From: Eledone cirrhosa
Taxonomy: Eukaryota
Reading direction: 5' to 3'
Length of the DNA stretch: 64,000 bases
NCBI GenBank assembly: GCA_964016885.1
Contig: OZ024742.1
Location: 1,488,001-1,552,000, forward strand
A program made the position numbers and the translations under genes. The number at the start of each line of letters is the position of its first letter. Position 1 is the stretch's first letter. Under the pieces are notes generated by a model. It had not been told where the DNA came from and made no database searches. It was given only the letters and a program-made list of their open reading frames with translations. Shown in pieces: positions 54,090 to 64,000 of this stretch.

Positions 54090-56942
54090 TTACCCTGCCC
54101 AAAAGATTGAATGCTGCTTGTCTTAAGGATAAAAATGTGAAGAGGACATTGGAAGAAGAGATGCAGGCTGCAGATCTTGGTGAGGATTGGCTGACCCTTA
54201 AAAAGTCGGTTTATGATGTAGGCAGGCGTGTTCTGGGATTGGTGCAGAGAAAACATCAGGACTGGTTTAATGAGAATGATGTACATATAGAAGACTTGTT
54301 GGCTGATAAGAGGTGTGCTCTATCACGCTACTTGACGGCAAAACCACAGGAGAGGAATACGTTGCATGAGGAGCTCAGGGATGTAAAATCACGTGTTAGG
54401 CGGAGTCTTTCTCAGATGAAGGATCAGTGGTGGAGTGAGAAGGCTGGTGAGATACAAACCGCGTCTGATTCCAATAACACAAAGCTGTTGTACAGTTTCT
54501 TGCGTGAGGTTTATGGACCGTCTTCTTCTCTGGTGACACCGCTTCGCAGCAAGGATGGCAAAGAACTTCTTCGTGACTCACGGGGAATTCTACGAAGGTG
54601 GCGAGAGCACTTTGATGATCTTTTGAATCGGCTGTCTGTCGTCAGTGAAGATTTCCTCAATCTCATTCCAGAAAGTCCTGTGAAAGTAGGTCTTGCAGAA
54701 CCTCCGACGTTTGTGGAGGTTGCAGTGGCTATTTCGAAGCTGAACAGTGGAAGATCTCCAGATATGGATGGCATACATGCTGAGCTCCTACAATATGGTG
54801 GTGAGAGACTCCTGCAACATCTGCACTCTTTGTTTGGAAGGATATGGGCTAATGAATCCGTACCTGAGGACTGGAGAGATGCAGTAATGGTGGTCTTGTA
54901 CAAGGGAAAGGGTAACAGGAATGATTGTGGGAACTACAGAGGTATATCATTGCTTTTTGTCGTAGGGAAAGTTTTATGTAGGGTGCTTCTGGACCGTCTG
55001 CTGACACACATTGCAGATTGTGTCCTTCCTGAAAGTCAATCTGGTTTTCGTGCTGGACGCGGCACTACTGATATGATCTTCTCAGCCAGACAGCTCCAGG
55101 AGAAGTGCATTGAACAAGGCTTGGATCTGTATCAGGTTTTTGTCGATCTGACAAAGGCTTTCGATACTGTCAACAGAGATGCATTATGGAAGGTTCTCCA
55201 GAAACTTGGTTGCCCTGATAAGTTCCTTGCTTTAGTTAGGTCTTTCCATGACGACATGAAGGCTTGGGTTAATGTCGGAGGTAACATGTCGGAGCCTATC
55301 TCAGTAAAAAATGGAGTGAAACGGGGATATTCCAGCACCGACCCTGTTTGCCATATACTTTGCAATGGTTTTCTGTATTACATTCAGGAATTGCGAGCAT
55401 GGTGTTTACATTCGATATCGAACCTCAGGCAGCATATTTAACATCAGGCGCTTTGCTGCGAAGACAAAAGTATTTACATCAATCATAAGAGACCTCTTGT
55501 ATGCAGATGATTGCGATCTTGTAGCACACAGTGATATGCAGCACATTTTGAATGCATTTTCTGACGCTTGCACTGCCCTGGGTTTGACTGTCAGTCTCAA
55601 GAAAACCGTCATCATGTACCAACCTGCCCCTAGTAAGCAGTATACTGAACCAAACATCTATGTGTATGGCAAACGACTTGGAGTGGTTGATCAGTTTGTC
55701 TACCTGGGAAGCACTGTCAATCGATACGGCAACCGTGACAGTGAAATCTCACTTAGGATTAGGAAAGCAAGTGATGCTTTCGGAAAGCTAGAAAGGCGAC
55801 TCTGGGGTCGGCGAGACATATGCAGGAGGACAAAGGTAAAGGTGTACAGGGCATGTGTACTCTCTTGTCTTCTTTATGCCTGCGAGACCTGGGTCACATA
55901 TCGACACCACCTTAAGCAATTGGAGCGTTTCCATCAGATGTGTCTCAGATGGATCCATGGCGTTCACTGGAGGGACCACATCAGTGATGTTGAGATTTTG
56001 GAAAGCTCTATGTGTGACAGTATAGAAGCTCTTGTGCTTAAGCAACGACTCCGTTGGAGTGGTCACCTTGCCAGGATGAAGGATTCTAGAATACCAAAAC
56101 AACTCTTCTATGGAGAGTTGGTTAAAGGAAAACGACCGCCACATAAACCAAAAAAGAGGTATAAGGATTCCTTGAAAGCCTCTCTGAAAGACGCTAACAT
56201 CTCTGCTGATACATGGGAGAATATTGCTGCTGATCGTAATAAATGGAGAAAGACTGTATATGAGGGAAAAGTTGCCTTTGAGGCATCTCGAATCGCACAC
56301 GAGAAAGTAAAGCGGGATGTGAGGAAGGGCATTGCTGTTGCACTTCCAGACGGCGAGGGTCCTCCTATGGTGCTGACATGCAGCGTCTGTGCGAGACTCT
56401 GCCTAAGCAAAGCTGGACTCGAAAGTCATCTTCACAGTCATAAAGTAAGACCAGTGGTTGACTACCAGGCTGCTGTTGGAGATGCTACTCATCATGCTTG
56501 CCAAACATGTGGTAGAGAATGTAAATCAGCAGGAGGGCTCAAGCGATATGCAAAAGTACACGAACTCCAACCACAGCCGACTATTCCCAGTGAATGTTTT
56601 GGTTACCGACTGTGCAAGACATTTTAGATCATTGGCTGGGCTAAAAAGCCACATTCGATCGCAGCACTGTTAGTTGCTATCGTGTGTGTGTGTGTGTATA
56701 GATATGCTTATGTGTGTGCGTGTATATATATATGTATATTATTATTGTTGTTGTCGTTATTATTATTGTTGTTATTATTATTATTATTGTTATTAATGTA
56801 TGTGTGTATGTATATATATATATATGTGTATATATATATATATTTCTTTTTATTTTAATTTAATTTTTTATTTATTTATTAATTTTTTATTTTTTTTCTC
56901 ATCGTGCAATGGCCATACTCGATAACGAGGGGGCAGCCATCA
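54090..56942 (+). mobile_element. Second RTE-clade (BovB-like) LINE, 5'-truncated, with three C-terminal C2H2 zinc fingers
   Basis: PESQSGFRAGRGTTDMIFSARQLQEKC, FVDLTKAFD, YADD, FVYLGS, LRWSGH, RIPKQLFYGEL; 3' end tggccatactcgataacgagggggcagccatcat. Confidence 0.92.
54092..56673 (+). pseudogene. RT ORF of RTE-ZnF LINE, frameshifted at ~55322 (GVKQG motif) and ~56620
   Basis: ORFs 54056..55441, 55365..56627 and 56458..56673 join into one RT-ZnF protein after correcting two indels. Confidence 0.88.
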
Positions 56943-57016
56943 TATATGTATGTATGAATGTATATATGTAGTGTGTGTATGTATGAATGTATATATATAT
57001 GTATATATATATGTAT

Positions 57017-57078
57017 AAACCCATGCAAGCGTGGAACACGGACGCTAAACCTGATGATGATGATGATGATGATGATGA
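57017..57078 (+). mobile_element. RTE-PHD extreme 3' stub with (GAT)n tail
   Basis: aaacccatgcaagcgtggaacacggacgctaaacctgatgatg matches 53706-53763. Confidence 0.85.
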
Positions 57079-57380
57079 TATGTATATATATATGTATATA
57101 TATATGTATATATATATGTATATATATATATGTATATATATATGTATATATATATATGTATATATATATATGTGTATATATATATGTATATTATTTATGT
57201 ATATATATATGTATATATATATGTATATATATGTATATATATATGTATATATATATGTATATATATATGTATATATATATGTATATATATATGTATATAT
57301 ATATGTATGTATATATATATGTATGTATGTATGTATATATATATGTATGTGTATGTATATATATATATATATCTATATAT

Positions 57381-57992
57381 GTGTCAGGTCACCAGTTGGT
57401 GCTACTGGTAACATGTATCCCAGTACAACCTGTCTCATGGTCGGGCCGTTGGCGACTAAACTGGCAACCCCACCAAGGTTTCTTGGTGAGGAGGGTGACT
57501 TTGGACATCCTGCAGGACTAAAAACAAAACCTGTCAAAGGGCAAAGGAGCTCTTAAGAGTCAATGGCCATCCAAAATCACCGGGAGAGATGACCCCTTAG
57601 CCTTTGTCAAGGCAGAATTCTAGGAGAAGGAAAACTCTGATATAACACCTGCAACCCTGATGGTATCCAATGATGTTGACTTGTTCTTCTTTTTGGTAAA
57701 TATCATCTTGGTTAAGGGAGTGGGACTGGCTTTGTGCAGTGCCTTTGCTCACTAGAAAAGCTTCATGGCACAGGCATTGCTTTATATCTGGAGATCCCTC
57801 TGCACTTGTCGTTACATGGTACCATGGGCCCAGCACTATGTGTCAATAATTGTCACAGGTGTAGTGTTTGTACCAGAGTTTTCAAGTCGCTGGCTGGACT
57901 AAGAAGTCACACTCGTTCAGCGCATCGGTAGGGGTTCTCCTAGATGGATATAAAGTAGTGGCCGTACTCGAAACCGAGTTGGCGGCCACCAT
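57381..57992 (+). mobile_element. Short non-autonomous RTE-ZnF derivative, copy A
   Basis: RTE-like 5'UTR motif ctaggagaaggaaaactctgat; encodes remnant [22 protein letters not shown]; 3' end tggccgtactcgaaaccgagttggcggccaccat resembles the 56942 LINE end; second copy adjacent. Confidence 0.7.
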
Positions 57993-58019
57993 GTATATAT
58001 ATATGTATGTATATGTGTA

Positions 58020-58524
58020 TGTCCGGTCACCACTTGGATATGTCGGGTCACCACTTGGTGACCTGTCAAAGGGCAAAGGAGCTCTTAAGAGTCAATGGCC
58101 ATCCAAAATCACTGGGAGAGATGACCCCTTAGCCTTTGTCAAGGCAGAATTCTAGGAGAAGGAAAACTCTGATATAACACCTGCAACCCTGATGGTATCC
58201 AATGATGTTGACTTGTTCTTCTTTTTGGTAAATATCATCTTGGTTAAGAGAGTGGGACTGGCTTTGTGCAGTGCCTTTGCTCACTATAAAGGCTTCACGG
58301 CACAGGCATTGCTTTATATCTGGAGATCTCTCTGCACTTGTCGTCACATGGTACCAAAGGCAAAGCACTATGTGTCGATAATTGTCACAAGTGTAGTGTT
58401 TGTACCAGAGTTTTCGAGTCGCTGGCTGGACTAAAAAGTCACACTCGTTCAGCGCATCGGTAGGGGATCTCCTACATGGATATAAAGTAGTGGCCGTACT
58501 CGAAAACGAGTTGGCAGCCACCAT
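58020..58524 (+). mobile_element. Short non-autonomous RTE-ZnF derivative, copy B (lacks ~130 bp of the 5' part)
   Basis: From acctgtcaaagggc onward nearly identical to copy A. Confidence 0.7.
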
Positions 58525-58557
58525 GTATATATATATGTATGTATATATATATGTATG

Positions 58558-58604
<47 letters not shown>

Positions 58605-58621
58605 GTATGTATATATATATG

Positions 58622-58687
<66 letters not shown>

Positions 58688-58694
58688 TATACAT

Positions 58695-61160
58695 AAACGT
58701 GACAATCACCTGATCACCTATAGATCCGGGGAACACACAAGCCAGGTAGATTATATCCTTACCAGAAGACGTGACAGAGTGTCTGTTGTTAACACTAAAT
58801 CCCTCCCCCATGAAGAATGCACCTCCCAACATAGACTGATAATTAGCGACCTCATAGTCAGGACGAGACGTACTCGACAACAGAAGAGGACTATCCTCAG
58901 GAGGAAAATATGGAAGCTAAAGGACCCCACAGCCAGGAATAAATTTCAAAGCATATTACTTGATGCTTTCGACAGTAAGGAAGAACATTTAGAGTCGGAC
59001 AATATAGAGGGAGAGTGGGAATTTCTGAAAGCAAACCTGCTGTTGGCGACAGACGAGGTCTGTGGCTGGAGCAGGCCTGTAGGCAGGAGGAGAGTAACAT
59101 GGTGGTGGAACAGTAAGGTGGAGGGGTCAATTAAGGCCAAAAAGCAGGCTTGGAAAGTATGGCGGGATGGGGGAAGTAGAGAGGACTATCAAGTGGCCAG
59201 GAGGGAAGCTAGGAGACAAGTGTACTTAGCAAGAAGGGAAGCTGAGGAAAGAAAGTTCAAGCATGTTCTACAACGCGATGACCAAAAACGTGAGGTGTTC
59301 AGGATTGCTAGGCAATGCGTCAAGGAAAACCGTGATATTGTCGGGGAGAAGTGTGTACTAAACGACGATGGCACACTTGCCATCACCGACGCTGATAAGA
59401 AGGTAGCTTGGAAGTGTCACTATGAAAGGCTTCTAAATGAGGAGAATAATTGGGAGAAAGGCAGTCTCCCCCATATCGACCCAATAGAGGGACCAGCAGT
59501 GTTAGTCGAGGGGAGTATAATAAGTAAGGCAATCAAGGATATGAAGACTGGTAAGGCGGCTGGGCCTTCGGAAATAGTTGCTGAGATGCTGAAGGCATCT
59601 GGCACGGTGGGACACACCATGGTCACCCGCATAGTTAACCAAGTCGTACAAAACGGGGTTGTTCCGAAGGACTGGCATAGCAGCATCATCGTTAACTGTT
59701 ATAAGGGTAAAGGAGACGCCCTAGATAGGAGTAACTATAGAGGCATTAAATTAATCGACCAGGTCATGAAGGTCACGGAAAGAGTAATAGCGCAACTAAT
59801 CAGAGAGAGAATTGACCTAGATGAAATGCAGTTCGGGTTTGTGTCAGGCAAAAGTACCACAGACGCTCTTTTCATAGTACGACAACTACAAGAGAAGTAC
59901 CTAGCTAAAGGTAAACCCCTCTACTTAGCTTTTGTCGACTTGGAGAAAGCCTTCGACAGAGTCCCCCGCTCCATTATCTGGTGGGCTCTTAGAAAACTAG
60001 GCGTTGACGAATGGCTTGTGAGGGCTATACAAGCCATGTATAAAGAAACAGTCAGCAAGGTTAGAATTAACAACGAATATAGTGAAGAGTTTAGCGTAAA
60101 AGTCGGCGTCCATCAGGGCTCTGTTCTCAGTCCACTACTATTTATTATTGCCCTTCAGGCCATAACAGAGGAGTTCAAGACAGGCTGCCCATGGGAACTC
60201 CTATACGCAGACGACCTGACACTCATAGCGGAATCAATGGCCGAGCTAGAGAAGAAATTCCAAACATGGAAGCACGGCCTAGAGTCAAAAGGACTTAAAA
60301 TTAACCTGGCTAAGACCAAAGTACTAGTTTGTAGGAAAGAAAACAAGGCGGCGGTCCCTTCTGGGAAATGGTCGTGCTCGGTGTGTAGGAAAGGCGTAGG
60401 TAGAAACTCCATTTTATGTCCTAAATGCAAAGTATGGGTGCATAAAAGATGTAGTGGGATCACAGGTAGGCTAACTAAGAACATAGATTTTACATGTGGC
60501 CGGTGCTCTGGTGCAATAAGTAGCAGCAAGTGCCCACAAACTACTAGCTCTTTCAATTGCGCAGAGGGTTCTATAGAAATAGTGGACAGCTTCCGTTACC
60601 TGGGCGATAAAATCAGCAGTGGGGGAGGGTGCTCTGAAAGTACTGTAGCTAGAGTCAGAACTGGTTGGAAAAAGTTCAGAGAGCTTATACCACTATTAGC
60701 TGCTAAAGGGTTCTCACTAAAAATGAAAGGCAGGTTGTACGATGCCTGCATACGAACAGCAATGCTGCATGGCAGTGAGACCTGGGCATTGTGTGCAGAG
60801 GATATACGCAGACTAGAGAGGAACGAAGCTTGCATGCTCCGCTGGATGTGTAACAGTAATATACGTGAACGGCAAAGCATAAACGAACTAAGGAATAAAT
60901 TAGAGATAAGAGGGATCAGATGTTGTTTACTCGAGAGAAGGCTACGTTGGTATGGACACGTGATGCGCATGAAAGTCGATAGCTGTATAACAAAGTGCAG
61001 GGCAATAAAGATAGACGGTAGTCACGGAATAGGCAGACCTAGAAAAACCTGGGACGAGCTGATAAACTCCGACATCACACACTTACACCTCTCCAAGACA
61101 ATGTCACTGGACCGAGACCTTTGGCGGTACTCAGTAACAGAGAAGACCCGCCTTACCTAA
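58695..61160 (+). CDS. Uninterrupted but 5'-truncated RTE ORF (end of APE, RT, PHD finger)
   Basis: Open frame [14 protein letters not shown]...EKTRLT*; YADD at 60204; PHD 60375-60506; the ORF-track start in the microsatellite is artefactual. Confidence 0.88.
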   Translation, partial: KRDNHLITYRSGEHTSQVDYILTRRRDRVSVVNTKSLPHEECTSQHRLIISDLIVRTRRTRQQKRTILRRKIWKLKDPTARNKFQSILLDAFDSKEEHLESDNIEGEWEFLKANLLLATDEVCGWSRPVGRRRVTWWWNSKVEGSIKAKKQAWKVWRDGGSREDYQVARREARRQVYLARREAEERKFKHVLQRDDQKREVFRIARQCVKENRDIVGEKCVLNDDGTLAITDADKKVAWKCHYERLLNEENNWEKGSLPHIDPIEGPAVLVEGSIISKAIKDMKTGKAAGPSEIVAEMLKASGTVGHTMVTRIVNQVVQNGVVPKDWHSSIIVNCYKGKGDALDRSNYRGIKLIDQVMKVTERVIAQLIRERIDLDEMQFGFVSGKSTTDALFIVRQLQEKYLAKGKPLYLAFVDLEKAFDRVPRSIIWWALRKLGVDEWLVRAIQAMYKETVSKVRINNEYSEEFSVKVGVHQGSVLSPLLFIIALQAITEEFKTGCPWELLYADDLTLIAESMAELEKKFQTWKHGLESKGLKINLAKTKVLVCRKENKAAVPSGKWSCSVCRKGVGRNSILCPKCKVWVHKRCSGITGRLTKNIDFTCGRCSGAISSSKCPQTTSSFNCAEGSIEIVDSFRYLGDKISSGGGCSESTVARVRTGWKKFRELIPLLAAKGFSLKMKGRLYDACIRTAMLHGSETWALCAEDIRRLERNEACMLRWMCNSNIRERQSINELRNKLEIRGIRCCLLERRLRWYGHVMRMKVDSCITKCRAIKIDGSHGIGRPRKTWDELINSDITHLHLSKTMSLDRDLWRYSVTEKTRLT

Positions 61161-61552
61161 ATATATAGTAAAACCTACTCCAGCCAGTAGGCATCTCTAA
61201 CAAATACACCCCGTCCCACCACCCCCACCCGATCCACACCACCCCGTTCTATGTAAAGTTATGTTGGTGCCGCGCCATCGAGGCCGAAACAAATGAGATC
61301 GTGTAGGTGTCACGACAAAAAAACACACAGTCCACGCTGTAATGTGGCCGTGTAGGCAACACGGTAAAAACCTCCCAGACCCACACTGTAAATGTGGTTG
61401 GTGTTAGGAAGGGCATCCAACTGTAGAAAACCTGCCAGACAGTCCTATGCGAGCAAGACAATCACTCTTGCCTCAAGTGGGACTACCCCCGTCCAAACCC
61501 ATGCAAGCGTGGAACACGGACGTTAAACGTTGATGATGATGATGATGATGAT
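58695..61552 (+). mobile_element. RTE-PHD LINE copy 2, 5'-truncated inside the APE domain, inserted in (TA)n
   Basis: Near-identical to 41233-44097; (GAT)n tail. Confidence 0.95.
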
Positions 61553-61560
61553 ATATATAT

Positions 61561-62272
61561 GTTGAAAAAAAAAAATGAAAACGAAATTTCATTTCTCACT
61601 CTTAGTATGGCACTTACTTAAATGTAAGTATGTATGTATACGTACATACATATATGTATACAGACGTATAAACTGATGCGTGCATATATGTATGTGTACC
61701 TGTATGCATATGTGTATATGTATATATATATGCATGCTACTGTACGTCTGTATACATATATGTATGTACGTATACATACATACTTACATTTAAGTAAGTG
61801 CCATACTAAGAGTGAGAAATGAAATTTCGTTTTCATTTTTTTTTTCAACTTATCGTTTTCGGTATGCCTGACCGATTTAACTCACTCAATATGCAAATTA
61901 GGCTGCTCAGCCGTTAATTTTCATAAGGAAAGTATATACTTTCGAACGTTCAACTATCTGGCAGATGGGTAAACGGTGCTGATGATAGCTAACAAGCTTG
62001 AAACTAGTACATCGTTCCTGTGTCAGTGTTGAACAAAAAGGTGACGTGGTTGCCTTAACACCGTACGGCATAAATTCAGGCTGTTCGCTTTGTTGACAAA
62101 CAAACGAACAAAGCGGCCGGCGTTATAATAAACGTCGGCTAAACTGATGCGTGCATATATGTATGTGTACCTGTATGCATATGTGTATATGTATATATAT
62201 ATATATATATATATGCATGCTACTGTACGTCTGTATACATATATGTATGTACGTATACATACATACTTACAT
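61561..62272 (+). mobile_element. Retrozyme/Penelope-like non-autonomous element: 471-bp monomer in partial tandem with 108-bp 5' inverted duplication and a hammerhead
   Basis: Arms 61561-61668 / 61743-61849; direct repeat starting 61669 and 62140; flanked by (TA)n. Confidence 0.75.
61972..62016 (+). ncRNA. Minimal type I hammerhead ribozyme
   Basis: Stem I AACGGUG / CAUCGUU, CUGAUGA (61979-61985), stem II AGCU-aaca-AGCU with U.U at its base, GAAA-[CUAG]-UA; predicted cleavage after GUA at 62009. Confidence 0.85.
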
Positions 62273-62300
62273 ATATATATATGTATATGTGTATATATAT

Positions 62301-62346
<46 letters not shown>

Positions 62347-62497
62347 GTATATATATATATGTATATATATATATATGTATATATATATGTATATATATAT
62401 GTGTATATATATATGTATATATATATGTATATATATATATGTATATATATATATGTATATATATATGTATATATATATATGTATATATATATATATG

Positions 62498-62528
<31 letters not shown>

Positions 62529-62614
62529 GTATATATATATGTATATACATATATACGTATATATATATGTATATATATATGTATATACATATATACGTAT
62601 ATATATATGTATAT

Positions 62615-62954
62615 ATCATCATCATCATCATCATCATTTTACGTCCGCTTTTCCCTGCTTGCAAGGGTGGGACGGGAACTGATTCTGGCTTGATTTCTAC
62701 AGCTGGATGCCCTTCCTAACACCAACCTCATTTACAGTGAGTGCTGGGTGCTTTTTTGTCGTGGCACCTCCACGACCACTTTGCAGTGGAATGATAGTGA
62801 CCCCAGTCCCTATCATCTCATTTCTACAGCTGAGTAAACTGGAGCAATGTGAAATAAAGTGTCTTGCTCAAGGAAACAACACATCACCCAGTCTGAGAAT
62901 TGAACTCACAACCTTTCGATTGCAAGGCCAATGCTCTAACCACTAAGCCATATG
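62615..62954 (-). mobile_element. CORE-type SINE family C
   Basis: Reverse complement of 39445-39781. Confidence 0.9.
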
Positions 62955-63017
<63 letters not shown>

Positions 63018-63065
63018 CTATATACATATATATGTATATATATATGTATATATATATGTATATAT

Positions 63066-63261
63066 ATAGGAACCAGTAAGACCCCGACGGCTGAGCTCAA
63101 GCCGTTTCGACGGCTAATTCTGGACATGAATTAACCGTCGAAACGGCTTGAGCTCAGCCGTCGGGGTCTTACTGGTTCCTATTACCCACTCTACTACCCC
63201 AAGTATTGAGTACTTTGGTGCGTTATGGTCCACCTGGTTCCTTACCACATTTCCTTCGTTA
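63066..63261 (+). mobile_element. Hairpin element family A, copy 3 (55-bp arms + tail)
   Basis: Arms 63066-63120 / 63128-63182; tail nearly identical to copy 1; in (TA)n. Confidence 0.75.
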
Positions 63262-63292
63262 TGTATATATATATGTATATATATATGTATAT

Positions 63293-63640
63293 ATCATCAT
63301 CATCATCATCATTTCATTTTACGTCCGCTTTTTCCCTGCTTGCAAGGGTGGGACGGGAACTGATTTTGGCTTGATTTCTACAGCTGGATGCCCTTCCTAA
63401 CACCAACCTCATTTACAGTGAGTGCTGGGTGCTTTTTTGCCGTGGCACCTGCACGACCACTTTGCAGTGGAATGATATGGACCCCAGTCCCTATCATCTC
63501 ATTTCTACAGCTGAGTAAACTGGAGCAATGTGAAATAAAGTGTCTTGCTCAAGGAAACAACACATCGCCCGGTCTGAGAATTGAACTCACAACCTTTCGA
63601 TTGCAAGGCCAATGCTCTAACCACTAAGCCATGTGCCTCC
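63293..63640 (-). mobile_element. CORE-type SINE family C
   Basis: Reverse complement of 39445-39781. Confidence 0.9.
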
Positions 63641-63653
63641 ATCATGTGCCTCC

Positions 63654-63671
63654 ATATATATATATATATAT

Positions 63672-63729
<58 letters not shown>

Positions 63730-63837
63730 TTATATATATATGTATATACATATATACGTATATATATATATGTATATATATATATATACGTATATATATG
63801 TATATATATATGTATATATATATATATGTATATGTAT

Positions 63838-63888
<51 letters not shown>

Positions 63889-64000
63889 CATATATACGTA
63901 TATATATATATGTATATATATATATACGTATATATATGTATATATATATGTATATATATATATGTATATATATATATGTATATATATATGTATATGTATA
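63654..64000. repeat. Degenerate (TA)n/(TATG)n tract; similar tracts at 57079-57380, 58525-58690, 62273-62614
   Basis: Direct reading. Confidence 0.95.

Overview
Repeat-dominated, AT-rich animal genomic DNA. The SINE/LINE and microsatellite complement resembles octopus (cephalopod) genomes; this is inferred from recalled families, not from a search. Bases 1-31870 are a 42-bp satellite (~760 units) with nested higher-order duplications; every ORF called there is a repeat artefact. The rest holds 16-bp and 39-bp minisatellites, many (TA)n/(CA)n/(CCA)n tracts and two tRNA-derived SINE families. It also holds an RTE-clade LINE with a PHD finger inserted inside its reverse transcriptase (one near-full copy, one 5'-truncated copy, fragments) and a second RTE LINE with C-terminal C2H2 fingers plus short non-autonomous relatives. 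The only host coding sequence I can support is one 84-nt exon of dynactin subunit 3 (DCTN3, + strand), so the window is probably mostly intron. The most striking signal is a set of four different small non-coding element types, all inserted in (TA)n, carrying complete or half hammerhead ribozymes (Penelope-like/retrozyme-like). Three of them have a 5' fold-back inverted repeat; in one the fold-back apex coincides with the predicted ribozyme helix II loop.
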